A stretch of 64,000 nucleotides of DNA, taken from Antechinus flavipes (Eukaryota). The position numbers and the translations under genes are program-made. The notes beneath the pieces were generated by a model. It made no database searches. It saw only the letters and a list, made by a program, of their open reading frames with translations, and was not told where the DNA came from. Below are positions 47,720 to 59,849 of the stretch, one piece after another. The DNA is taken from the NCBI RefSeq assembly GCF_016432865.1, contig NC_067400.1, positions 335,110,001-335,174,000 on the forward strand, read 5' to 3'. Within the stretch, counting starts at the first letter, position 1. Every line of letters begins with the position of its first letter.

Positions 47720-48900
47720 AGGTTTACCTTTTTATACTTCTCTTGAAATTTGTGTTTGAATGTCCAAAATTCTATTTGATCCTTGTCTTTTCATCAAGTT
47801 TGCTTGGAAATTCTCTCAATAATTATCAATTTTCCCCCTTGAAGGATTATATTCAATTTTGCAAGGCAGATTATTTTTTATCATCCCAGCCCCTTTACCT
47901 TCTGTAACATTATATTCTAAGCCTTCTGCTCCTTTAACATGGAAGCCATCATATCTTATGTGATCCTGATTGTGCCTCCAGTATATTTGAATAGTTTCCT
48001 TTTGGATGCTTGAAGTATTCAATATTTTCTCCTTGACCTTGGAGTTCTGGAATTTGGCTATAATATTCCTGAGAGTTTTCATTTTGAGAGTTCTTTCAGG
48101 AGGCAATCAAAGGATTTTTTCTTTTTTCATTTATTTATTTATTTTTAATACACATTGCTTTATGAATCATGCTGGAAGAGAAAAATCAAAACAAAAGGGA
48201 AAAACTATAGGAGAAAAAAATAGAAAAAAGAAGCAAACATAGCTTTTGTTGATTTACATTCAATGTCCATAGTTCTTTTTCTGGATGCAGATGGCATTTT
48301 CTATCCAAAGTCTAATGGGATTTCCTTGGACAATGGATTCTTTCAATATCTATTTTATCCTCTGGATCTAAGGTATCTGAACAGTTTTCCTTTATTACTT
48401 CTTGAAATATGATGTCTAACTCCTTTTTTTGTTGTAAATTTTAAAATTGTCTCTCCTTGATCTATTATCCTAGTCAAATGTTTTTATGAAGAGATATTTC
48501 ACATTTTTTTCTATTTTTTTCATTCTTTTGACTTTTTGGTTTTGTTTATTGATGTCTCATGGAGCTTCTAACTGTCCAGTTCTAATTTTTAAAGAATGAT
48601 TATCTTCAGTGAGCTTTTTTACTATTTTCCCCTTTGTCAATTTTGCTTTTTAAGGAGTTCTTTTCTTCAATGAATTATTGTATCTCCTGTTCCATTTGAC
48701 CTATTGTGCTTTTTAAGGAGTTATTTTTTTTCAGTGAATTTTTGTGCCTCTTTTACTATGAGACCAATTCTGTTTGTTAAGGAGTTGTTTCTTTAGTAAA
48801 TTTTGTGTTTATTTTACCAAACTCTTAATTCGCTTTTCATAATATTCTTGCATTCCTCTTATTTCTTTTCCCAGTGTTTTTTTTTTTTCTGTCACTCATC
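47720..48900 (-). pseudogene. L1 ORF1p remnant (frameshifted, with a nested insertion)
   Basis: 'MKTLRNIIAKFQNSKVKEKIL' matches the L1 ORF1 RRM-region motif (TPR.I..KF...KEKIL). Confidence 0.75.
48122..48330 (-). mobile_element. Short L1 3'-end insertion nested in ORF1
   Basis: T-rich start and 'catagttctttttctggatgcagatggcatt'. TSD caaaggattttttc (48108-48121) and caatggattctttc (48331-48344). Confidence 0.8.
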
Positions 48901-49532
48901 TCTATTAAATCTTCCCTGTTGAGCTTCACTCCAGTTGACATTTTCTTTATGAGGTTTTGGTTGTACGTGTTTTTATGTAATAATCTTTTTGTGTCATCTT
49001 CCCTGCCATTGTAGTAGCTTTTTATAGTCAAGTCTTTTTATTATTGTTGTTGTTATTTATTCATTTTTCCAATCTACTTTCTATCTTTGAACGTCATATT
49101 AAAGTTAAATTCTGATCATCTCAGGGTGAGGAGGCATTGTCCCAAACTTCAGCCTTTTTTGTGCTGCTCTTTTCAGAATTAGTTTTGGGTATTGCAAGTG
49201 TTTGGTGTTTTCAAAGTGGTATGATCTGCAAAGAGGTGTGGTCACTGCTTTCCTGCCCTGTGCTCTGCTCTTTACCTAGGAAGAGCCTTTGCCTCCTTGC
49301 AACTACAAGGATTAGCCTTTCTCTTGGACCTGAAACTGTGGCTAGGGTCCTTGCTTCCTTGTGATGGGCCATGAGTGCTCCTCTCTCTCCAGGAATTGTG
49401 AGTCAGAAGTACATATGGGCAATAGAGTTGTCAATCAGCTCCAGCTATACTCAGTGCCAGCAATGAATATTCTTTCATTTCTAACCAATTGTCTGATTCC
49501 TTTACTGTCTCTGGGTTGAGAACTCCCAAAAC

Positions 49533-49590
49533 CACTGCTGCTGCTGCTGATGATGATGATAATGATGATGATGATGATGCTGTGTGTGTG
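49533..49590. repeat. Compound (CTG)n-(ATG)n-(TG)n microsatellite in the L1 5' UTR
   Basis: ctgctgctgctgctgatgatgatgataatgatgatgatgatgatgctgtgtgtgtg. Confidence 0.9.
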
Positions 49591-49879
49591 AATTCTTGTG
49601 TAACAGAACTCTCCTCCTGAATGCCTAAGTTTTGTTGGTCAGAAAAATGTGTCAATGTGCCCTTTTGGGGGCTCTGTCACTCCAAAATTTTGTTTGAGAT
49701 GTTATTTTGAAGTTGTTTTAAGGGGAATGTTGAGAGAGTTCATCTGGAATGCCTCTAACCTACCACTTTGGTTCTACTTCCACCTTGGGTTCATTAAAAA
49801 TTTTTTTTTGATAATTATTTCAATATTATTGCTTTCCTCTGAAATTTTATGTATTTTATGCATTTGAAAAAACTTTATT

Positions 49880-50080
49880 TTATCACCTTCAGGAAGTGAG
49901 CAGTACTCTTCACCATCAGCCCCCTGGAATCATAATTGATCACTCCTTGATCAGAGTTTCAAAACTGTTTTTTTTATACTGTTGTCTATTTTATAATATA
50001 AATTGTTCTTCTAGTTCTTCCCAGTTCATTCTGATTCATTCCATATAACTCTTTCCAGTGTTCTCTGAAACCACCCTGAA
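49880..50080 (-). mobile_element. Old L1 ORF2-end/3' UTR fragment
   Basis: 'cttcaccatcagccccctggaatcataattgatc..ttcttctagttcttcccagttcattctg'. Confidence 0.6.
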
Positions 50081-50222
50081 CTATATATTAAGACTCTCCC
50101 TATATAACTATATTATATATATAAATATGTACATATTATATTACATATGTATTATATACAAGCTATATCATACCTGTTATATATAATATATGAAACATAT
50201 ATAATATATAATTATATATTAT
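50080..50222. repeat. (TA)-rich low-complexity tract
   Basis: Visible directly. Confidence 0.85.
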
Positions 50223-50224
50223 AG

Positions 50225-50880
50225 CTCATCAAAAAAGTCCCAGAAAAGACTTACATGAACTGATACTAAGTAAAATGAGCAGAACTAGGAGATCACTCCA
50301 TTGTAACAATAACATTGTATAATGATCAACTATAATTGACTTGATTTTTTTTATCAATACAGTGAGCCAAAACAATTTCAAAAAATTAATGATAGAAAAT
50401 GCTATACATTCAAAGAACTGAGGGAGTCTGAATGCAGATTGAAGCATACTATTTTTACCTTTTTACATGTTTTTCTCTTTTATTCTATTTCTTCTTTTAC
50501 AATATGACTAATATGGAAATTTTTTTACATGATTGCCCATAGTTGCTTGTTGTTCTTTATTCTTGAAGAGGACCAAAATGACATCACTATGTTACAGTTG
50601 AGTTACAGTGGATCCAACTGTGGCTCATCAGACCAATACGAGCTTGGAATGCTCTGCCACAGGTTGGACACAAATAGTCCCTATGAATATTTGAGGTAGA
50701 TTCTCTCACTTTGCACATGATTGCAAATATATAATCTATGTCAGGTTGCTTGCTGCCTTAGGGAGGGGATGGGGAAGAAGAGAGAGAGAAAAATTTAGAA
50801 TACAAAATCTCATAAAAATCAATTTTGAAAATTGTTTTCACATGTAATTAAAAAGAATAAAATATTATTTACAAAAACCT
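50225..50880 (+). mobile_element. L1 3' fragment with a nested SINE
   Basis: 'gacttacatgaactgatactaagtaaaatgagcagaactaggaga' is the ORF2 end (compare 34260-34310), followed by the 3' UTR and an A-rich end. Confidence 0.8.
50542..50714 (-). mobile_element. 5'-truncated marsupial RTE-type SINE (WALLSI-like, name tentative)
   Basis: (TTG)-like tail, 'ttcttgaagaggaccaaaatgacatcac..cagaccaatacgagct'. TSD acatgattgcccata (50527-50541) and acatgattgcaaata (50715-50729). Confidence 0.7.
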
Positions 50881-50984
50881 ATTACTTGAAAACTTGTCTT
50901 AGTGATGACCAGTTTTTGTAATTACCATTTAGTTTAATCTAATATCTCTTTGGTACAGCTTTCTTCTTCATTTTCCTCAAATGG

Positions 50985-51175
50985 AAAAGGGCTTGGGATT
51001 TGGTGTTCGAGGACCATATCTGGGGTCTGAACCACAGCTCAGCTACTCACTTCCTGTGTGACTCTAGGCTAGCCATTCTCCCTCTTTTTGACTCAGTTTC
51101 TTCATTTGTAAAATGAAGATGTCGGCATAGAGATGACCTCTGAGACTCCTTGCAGCTTTAAATACTTTTGTCCTA
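50985..51175 (+). mobile_element. MIR3-like SINE
   Basis: 'cttcctgtgtgactctagg..ctcagtttcttcatttgtaaaatgaag..agatgacctctgagactccttgcagct'. Confidence 0.75.
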
Positions 51176-51649
51176 AGATTTCTCAGTACCTTACTACTGT
51201 TTACTGCTACTCAGACTTCCCTGTTTGGCAGTGCTCATGTGTCTCCTTGTTCTGACACCTCAATTTCCTCTGTCTTTTCAGCCATCCGCCAGACAGCCCA
51301 GTAATGACAACAGATAGTAAATTTGGGTCTGCTGTGTTTTCCACATTAACCTCAGCTGTCAGTACCATTTACCCAGCTGTGCTGCATTAGTAGATCCCTT
51401 CAGGCAAGGCTTGGCTGCCCCTATGCCAGTCTCTGTGGGAGTTGTTGGCCAGCTTAACTCCTCACCTGCTGTTACCTTTTGGTTGGGCCCTAACAGCTTT
51501 TTCCCTACTCCAAGGTAATTTTTCTTTGTTTGACAGCATGAAGGGAGGGCAACTCCTGATTTTTTGGATTCATGTGATGCAGAGCAAATGTTGTTTCAGT
51601 ATTTTATTATTATGTATATGTCTTTAGGTTTTTTTGGTGTGTTTCTGGT

Positions 51650-53900
51650 AAGCAATAGAATGGAGTTTTGTTATGTTATTCAAGCTGCCATTTTGGAGGG
51701 GATGTTGTTTTATTGGATTATTTAATCTGTTCACATTTAAAATTAATTTTTCTCATTATCCTTCATATTTTTATTAATTAGGATTTTTCCTCTGTGAAGA
51801 CAATACTTTGTTTCTTCATTTACTTTTGTCTAATCTGTTTTTGGCAACCTTATTCACACTGGCTGTCTTCTTCATGGCAATATCTTCTCCCATTTGTTTT
51901 GTCAACACTTTCCCAGTTTTGCAGTTTTGCTTAACGTATTAGTTTCTTTTTCTTTTTTTAATCTAGCCATTTAATTCTTAATCCTTTTTTTCAGTTAGTG
52001 AAATGAAATCTCCCTTTCTTCACTTGCTCCCCTTTTAAGATTTTTCTTTTATCTTCTGTGCCTTCTTCTAGAAAAAGTTTTCTTTCCCTTATTCCCTTCA
52101 TTATTTCTCTACCCTTTCTGTCTAGTCTGGACTTCTATTCTTTAACTCATGGCCTTTATATTTATTTTCTGCTTCTTTGGTTTCTGTATTCCTCATGGAA
52201 TGAAAACTTTAAAAGCCCCTATTCTGAATTTTCTCTTCTAAATCGTTTCTATGCTATTGCTTTGTAGATATTTCTCCTTCCCTCTTTTTCTGTGGTGGCA
52301 CTCTCTATGACATTTCAGGTCTATATCAACTATCATCTCTTCTATTTGATTTCTACTTTCATCTTTATGGCCTTTTAGAAAGAAATTTTGTGTTCCGCTG
52401 TTGTTGTTGATCACCCCACAGTTATCTTTGTCTCTCTATTTTCCCCTTTTTGAGAGTGGGTAGTTTATTTAATTACTTGCTATCTTCTTTGGTTGCAGTA
52501 TTTGTTTACCTTTCTTATATTTTTCTTGTCTTAGTTAAATTTCCTAGGATACTTGTAAATAACTTTTGTTCTAGTCTGGTTTTCTTTATAGGAATGCTTC
52601 AAATACCTCTTTTATTGAATATCTTTTATCAGATTTGAAGAAAATGCCATGATTACCTTTGCTCTTTGTAATGCATTGTTAGCTTCCTGAGGTTTCTGGG
52701 ATGCAGAATTATCTTGTGCTATTATGAAATTATTGTGTTATTACAGAATTCATCCATTCTTTTATATCTTTTGCTTGGTTACTTGCACAATTTTAATAGA
52801 GAACTTTTTCTGGAGGTAATCTATGGATTCTTGTTTTGTTTCATTTTTTTCTGTGTTCAGAAGCTCTCCACAGCAGATGTATTGAGCTCAAATACAAATG
52901 GAGGTTACTACACCTTACATAAGAATTACTGTGGGCTACGTATTGACTTACAAAGATATAGAACAGTATCTATGTTCTATTTTGATTTATTTTGTTAAAT
53001 GTTTCCCAATTATATTTTAATCTGGTTCATGCTGCAGTTAAGAGCCTTGGAGCAATGATGCAGCCTACTGGTCACATATTTGACAGTTAGGCTATACATT
53101 TTTTGTATTATTTCTTACATCATGATGTTTAAATTTTTTTGACTTGTCAGAGTTTTTCCTGAAAGATGTATACTCCTTAAATTGTCTCCACACATTCTGT
53201 TTTTGAGATCAACATGTTTTGCTTATACGAAGATCATGTTTTCTCTTAACATTATTGTTTTTTGTTGTTCAGTTTGTCCTTCCCAGGCATTCTCTCTTTT
53301 GTTTCTTTGGTGATATTTATCCCTATAGATTCAAATTTTCCTGTTCTATTACTTAATCTTTCTGTGCAGGTCACAATTTAAATTTCTTTTAAACTATTCA
53401 GAGACAGCTAATATAGTCCCATGATCTTTTGGGATTCCAGTCTTGCAATTTTTTTATCTTGCAATATTTATCCATAAGTGTCCCTGGACTGTTTTACTCC
53501 ATCTGATGATGACCATAATCCTTTCTGTTATTGATATTTCCCATTGTGGCTTATTTCCTTATGTTCAATGTTTTTAGCTGAGTTTTTTCCTCTGGAGATC
53601 TTTGGTAGTGTCAAACATTTCTTTTTTTCTTTTTTGATTTCCCTATCACTCACCTTTTGACTTCTTTCTCTTTAATAGTGGTTTCCCTGCAGGCAATACC
53701 TCAACACTCTCAATCTCCTCCATTCCTGGACAATTAATATATCATAGACTTCAGTGTCCAACCCAAGTACCTTCGGGAGGAAAGGGGAGAAGACCTAGCC
53801 CCAGCTGGACACTAGGCTCTTTCCATTAGGTTTGGTGGAGTGCCACAGAGCAACACACACATATCCTGCCTCAGTTCCCTCTGTTTCTCCTTTCCCTTTC
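51650..53900 (-). mobile_element. Highly degraded ancient L1/HAL1-like remnant
   Basis: Long T-rich strand bias and ORF1-like reverse blocks ('ttttctggaggtaatctatggattct' resembles 'tttcaggaggcaatcaaaggatt' at 48094). Confidence 0.45.
52865..53095 (+). mobile_element. hAT (Charlie-like) MITE
   Basis: 'agctcaaatacaaatgg..gtattgactta..ttttgttaaatgtttcccaattatattttaatctggttc..tatttgaca'; inverse of 5300-5515. Confidence 0.7.
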
Positions 53901-55463
53901 TCTGGTTGAGCCCTATTACAGAACAAAGTCCTGTCATACTAATGTCCCAACTCCAACAAGTTCTTTTTTTTTGTTTTGTTTTTTCTTCACCTGGAAGAAA
54001 GGAGGAATGAAGTTAGGTTGTGTTCTGTTCCAAGACCAGGGTCGGCATATGCAGCTCCAGGAGCATAATGGGATAGAGCATATGAGGGGTTAGGAATTAG
54101 CCTTCTCTGCTGTTAGTTCATTGAATTATTATGTTTTTATGTCTTATACCCTAGAAACCAGTCAAATTACTTTGTCTCTTGTATATAATTCTTATTTTCG
54201 AGAGGTTGTAAGAATCAGAGGTAATCTCAAAGTTATTTTGACCTTTTTTTATGTTGGGCAATTAAGCTTTAAGCTTTGGGCTTTGCCACAAGTGACTTCT
54301 GGGGGATAAAACTGTATCCTGTATAATTCCTTTTCCTTCAGGCTCGTGCACTATCCCCATTTTCTCTGATCCTCCATTCTCTGACTGAACTCCCCTACAA
54401 CATAGTAGACTATCACAGTGACATTCCAGGCAGAGCAAGCTTCTGATTTTCAGTTTTCCATGGATCTGGAAGGAAGTAGAGTTAAATCCCTTTAACAAAC
54501 TAGTATTTTGAGTTGTGTAAGTAGCCCTGCCAGATCACAGTTGATTGATGTGCTAAGGGAGCAGGTTAGGGATAAGGAATTCATCTCTAATTAATTGTTT
54601 ATTCATCAGAGTGTTGCCTTGACAGGTTCTTGATATCTTAGACCCAGGAAAACTGCTGACATTGCTTTCTCTCACACTCAATTTCTATTTTGCAGAGATT
54701 TGAGAGGTTAGGCAGATCAGAGAAAATGCCTTGTCTTCCATTTTGTTGGCCATGTAGTCTAGGTGTAAATTATGCTTTGTCTAAAATTCTCTCTTAGAAT
54801 CTCTTATTTCCTTCAAAACTCACTTCAAATGGCAGGAGGACTTTCTAGAGATTTTTTAGGTAATTTTTCAAGAGATATTTACTGAGTTTTCTCAGACCTC
54901 TTAAAGGCCACACCATACACTACACCGACAGGCAACTCCCATTTCACACAAAACCTCTAAAACTGTGTAAGATCTGTCAGCTGGGCTTCTTCGAGCTCTA
55001 ATATTTTATGGCTCTCTGACTCGGCTTATTGAGGGTTTCACTGTTCACAGCATTCTGCCTGCAGGATAGAAATAGCAGAGATTATAGGGAGTAAACAAAA
55101 TCCAGATTTGGGGCCATTACTCAACTGGCTGCTTCTTTTTTCTTGTACTTTTGGAGAAAACTCACTTCCTCTTTCTTATCTCCCTCCCACACACACACAG
55201 CCTGGCCTCTTTATTATATTTGAAGAGAACTTGTAATGATTTCAATGCCATCTACTGTACTTTTGATGCAAAGGGACCTTTCCTATTTTTATTTGTTTTT
55301 CTGGCCCAGGACTTTAGCTAAGTTATTTTCTAGTAAACTGTTAGTTTGTTAGGACCTCAGAAATATCAGTGAACTGGAAAACAATGTGGACTTCTGACTA
55401 AAATAAGATATATTTTGGAAATAGCAAAATCCTTCACATGTACATAGTACTTTAATACTTTCT

Positions 55464-55606
55464 TTTTATTTTTTTTTCTGAGCCATTTGGGGTTAAGTGA
55501 CTTGCCTGGAGTCACACAGCTAGGAATGTTGTGTCTGAAATCAGATTTGAATTCAGGTCCTCCTGACTTCAAGGCTGATGTTCTATCCGCTGCATCTAGC
55601 TGCCCC
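55464..55606 (-). mobile_element. WSINE1-type SINE with a perfect 16-bp TSD
   Basis: 'ggggttaagtgacttgcc..cacacagctagg..gatttgaattcaggtcctcctgac..catctagctgcccc'. TSD tactttaatactttct at 55448-55463 and 55607-55622. Confidence 0.85.
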
Positions 55607-56529
55607 TACTTTAATACTTTCTGAAGCATTTTTGTGTACATTATTTTATTGGTATAATTTTTTTTTGTTTCATGGATTACCATTGCTAAAAAAGATTTAT
55701 CATCCAGTAGTGTGCTCAGTACTTACCACTCTGCCACATGGGTTATTTCCCCATGTTAGAATATAAGCTCCTTGAAAGCAGGTAGTGTCTCAATTTTGTA
55801 TCTGTACTCTTGGTACTTAACAAAACAGTGCCTCATACATAGTAGATGCTTAATAACTTTTTTCATTCATTGTTGAACTTTCCTGCCATTAGCTAAATTG
55901 GACAATATAAAATAATCCAAATAAGTTTTATTTTACTTAGTTATTTATAACTAATATCAAGAGTGATCATTAAGGTAAAACTTATTACTTCCCCTTTTTG
56001 CATATGAGGAAACTTAGCTTCAAATAAATTAATTAAGCTTATGAACATATAGCTAGACAATAGAGCTATAACTCGAACCTTTTCTTCCTCCTAGTACATC
56101 ATATCTTTCATTCACCCTAAGGTTCAGCTGTCACCATGGGTGTTTTTGCATTCTGAAAGGGCTTCTAGGGATTTTAATCCATAACTTCTGCGATGCCTTC
56201 TTGAAATTACCCAGAAAAGGAACCAAATAAATCAACAATATTTTATGATGTAATAATCAATGTATTTTCCTACCCTAAAAAAAAGGTCAGTAATTTATTT
56301 AATGCTATAAAAGTGGGAGGTAAGACATTCAAAAAGTTATTTGTGCTGGCTATGTGTGTCACTTGATTTGTGACTTGATTTGTGTATTCTGAACAAGGTT
56401 TTAAACTCCATTCCACCTCTGTTTACAACTGTAGATTTTTCTAATCAATAATATGAAGTGCTTTCCAGTTCTGACTCCTTCTAGCAGTGAAATTGACTTT
56501 TTCCCTTCAGAACTATTTATTTTTCAGTT

Positions 56530-56624
56530 ACTGGTACAATAGATAAGAGTACTGAGCCTGTTATCAGGAAAACCTGAGATTGAATCCAGCCTCAGATGCT
56601 TCCTAACTTCATGGATTACCATAG

Positions 56625-56658
<34 letters not shown>

Positions 56659-56790
56659 TTCATTATCCAGTGGTGTGTCTAGCACTCACCACTCTGCCAT
56701 ATGTATTATGTGACTCTGGGATTTAGCAGCTGTGTAACTAATATTTGTAAAACATAACACAGTAACTGGCACATAATAGATGATTACTAA
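56530..56790 (+). mobile_element. MIR-type SINE interrupted by a templated insert containing A29
   Basis: Head '..caggaaaacctgagattgaatccagcctcagatgcttcc' [insert 56608-56703] then 'tgtgactctggg'. Confidence 0.6.
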
Positions 56791-57124
56791 ATGCTTATTT
56801 CTTTCCTTCCTTCTTTCTAATTGGATTGTATGAGGTTGAGGATAGAATGGGGGAAGGATATGCATCTCAGGGATCCATGACTTTCATATTCCTGCTCATG
56901 CCATAAATTGCCTCAGAATAGGAAGCTCAAAAGTTGTTAAGCAGCAACTACCTAGAGGAAAGTTTCTGACTATGCTTTTCTTACTTCTTCCCAAAACCAT
57001 CATCTCCTCTCTAAATCCCCCCAAAATGCCAAGAACTCCTTTTGGATCTTTCCATTACAAAGTCCAATCTTCTCTACCTGATATTCAAGGCCTTCCATAT
57101 TCTGATAGCAACATTTGATAGATT

Positions 57125-58504
57125 GAGCTAGAATAATTTCAAGGTTGCAGAACAAGGGGACTGAAAGATTGGTGTTGTTCTGGGCAAAAGGGAGAGTTTT
57201 GGAAAGAAAATAATGAGCTCAGTCTTGGGTATATTGAATTTGAGAGACCTAATGGTTATCTAGTTGAAAATTTCCATAGTCAATTGGAAATGAATGACTG
57301 AAGCACAGGAGAAAGACTAGGATAGGATATTTACATTTGGGAATCAACTATGTAGAGATGATAATTGAACTCATGAGAGCTGATGGAGATGCCAAAAAAA
57401 TTGTAGAGAAAAGAGGGGCGTATACTCAGAGATAAACGACATCGTATGAGAGGTGAACCTAAACAGGAGAGAAGAAAAAGAGTAATCAGACTAGAAGAGG
57501 AACCAAGAGAAAGCAGTGTCATGACACACTAGGTGGTGATGAGTGCCAGGTAAAGACATGGGGGAGAATGAATTCTGAGAGAAGGTCATCAGATTTTACA
57601 ATTAAGAGACTAGTGGTACTTTTGGAGAGAGCAATTTCAATTGAACAATGAAACTAAAATCCAGGTTATAAGGGAGTGAAAGGTGAATGAGAAGGTAGTG
57701 GCAATAGATATAAGCACCTATTTCTGAATTTGTCAAAAGTTAGAGAGATATTGGACAAAAATAATGAAAATTTTTCAGGATTGAGGAGGTTTGGGGAAAT
57801 TTGTAGACAATGGGGATGATACTAGGAAATGAGGAAAGATTGATAATTAGAGAAGAGAAAAGATGACTGGGAGAGGAATCTTTTGGAAATGAGATGAGAG
57901 GATGAAGTACATGGAAAGAGATTGGTCTTGCTAAGACACTTTCCCTAGAAATTGTAATAAAGATGAAGAAATGGGGAATGATGTTAGTGGGTTGTGAGAT
58001 GTAGAGGAGAGAAAAGGGAACTCACAGCAAATAACATCTATTTTCTGAGTAAAAATATGAGACAAGAACAACTGAGAGAGAGGGAGGAGGTGATGGTGTG
58101 GGAGGCTTGAAGAAAGAAGAAAAATTTTATAATGTCCTCTGTAAGGAGAAATGTGGCAAAACAGGGAGGTGTAAAAGGACTCTCTTGCCCAGTTGAATTA
58201 ATATATCGTAAATTTGTAATGGACACTGTTGACTCAAGCACATACAGAATGTGAGTAGGAGGAGAGAAGGCGGATTATGGAAGTAATCCATCCCTGAGTT
58301 TGGTAAAGCTTGAGCATAATAGGAGAAGAGACAAGGAATTCAAGAGCTGAGGTCAGTGTAGAGTTGAACTTGTTAATCATGAGATTAAGAAGAGGGTAGA
58401 ATGAGGTTAGAACAAGGGTGATATTCTTGAGAAATACTGATAGATGGAGAGTTTGGAGGACCATGTTGGACAAAGAATTTAGGTGGAGTAAGAAAAAAGA
58501 CAAT
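57125..58504 (-). mobile_element. L2 LINE fragment (about 1.4 kb)
   Basis: 'gagctcagtcttgggtatattgaatttgag..ttgggaatcaactatgtagagatgataattgaa..ggagagagcaatttcaattg'. Confidence 0.8.
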
Positions 58505-58517
58505 GAAGTTATTTCTT

Positions 58518-58945
58518 TTTTTCATTTCAATAATATTTATTTTCCAACTAAATGTAAAAAGAGTTTTCAACATTCATTTTTGTAAAACTTTGTGTTTCAA
58601 ATTTTTCTCCCTCCCTCTCTTACCTCCCCTCTCCAAGATAGCAAGCAATGTGATATAGGTTAAACATGCAATTCTTTTAAACATATTTCCACATTTGCCA
58701 TATTGTGCAAGAAAAATCAGATCAAAAGGGAAAAAATATGAGAAATGCAAAAAACAAGTAAATCAACAACAATAATAACAACCAAGATGAAAACACACTT
58801 TGATTCACATTCAGTCTCCATAGTTCTCTTTCTGGATGCAATTGGCATTTGCCATACCAAATCTATTGGAATTGCCTTGAATCACTGAATTGTTGAAAAG
58901 AGCCAAGTCCATCACATAATCTTGTTGCTACTATATACAATGTAA
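58518..58945 (-). mobile_element. L1 3' UTR insertion
   Basis: Homologous to 2480-2870. TSD gaagttatttctt (58505-58517) and gaacttatttctt (58946-58958). Confidence 0.85.
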
Positions 58946-59849
58946 GAACTTATTTCTTGACAGACTGAGTTAGATCTCATGAGAAAGAATCTAAAGAGAC
59001 ATCTCTGAAAAGAACTAATTCTTTTGAAGTAATATTATGAAGAGAATTCATGAGACTATTATCCTGAGAGAGTTGAATGGCAGAATTGTATTTCTGTAAT
59101 TAAAAAGTCATCGGTAACATGTGAACTCTGACTCTGATCTCTTTCAAATTGATGTGTTGTAAATAATTATTTATGTCTTTGTTTTATTATTACAGAGTTG
59201 ATAAATTATGTAACTGGCAACTTTGGTTTTCATTTAAGCCTGGATGGATTCAGAGATCCATGGTTTTCATATATACCAAGATATAAGCAAAATTGTATTT
59301 AAAAAAAGAGGTTTCTCCAGTTTATTAAATAATTTTCATAAGCTTGTATAGAGGCTCTGAGTTAATTGGTTAATGAAAGTTGCCATTTTAGTAATTTATG
59401 AGAAAACTATAGCCTTTGATTACCTGAAAACTCAGGATGAGAATGAATCCCTACTTGAACCTACATAAATGACATGTTGGGGGAAGAGAGAAGGAGGACA
59501 GGATATCCCTTAAACTCTGATCTATTTGATTGACTCATTGCCAGAGCCTCAACAGACAATGATCATATATTTTCAACTTGATTGTGATAGAAAGCTATAA
59601 TTGGACTGTATGCTTTTTTGGAACACTCATTCTCTTTTGCTCATACCTTAGAAAGACAGAAAATTTCAGCTTCTAGGTTAAGGTCAGAAAGCAATTTTCA
59701 TAGCATTTTATTCATTTCAAAGTAATTTCATATCCATTTACATCCACATGAGACTCATAAAAGCCTCCCAATCTGGCAGAACAAGAATGATTTCCATTTG
59801 ACAAAGAAAAACATGAAACCCCTTGAGCTTAAGGTCCTTTGTATTGATT

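Larger units (their letters stand above)
45906..49781 (-). mobile_element. Older L1 with both termini but ORF2 internally deleted
   Basis: Order on the minus strand: 5' UTR (about 49781-48950), ORF1, spacer, EN start (47175-46881), jump to ORF2 C-terminus (46880-46250), 3' UTR. TSD accttggctttatt (45892-45905) and accttgggttcatt (49782-49795), 12/14. Confidence 0.8.
45880..49880 (-). mobile_element. hAT MITE (18052 family) split by the L1 (pieces 45880-45905 and 49782-49880)
   Basis: 'caaggtttcttaaccttgg' on the left; 'ttgataattatttcaatattattgctttcctctgaaattttatgtattttatgcattt' on the right. Confidence 0.6.

Noticed and set aside
49880-50880. Head-to-head L1 fragments as one twin-primed insertion
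   Set aside because: Both cover the same ORF2-end region but look like different subfamilies, are separated by a TA tract and share no TSD.
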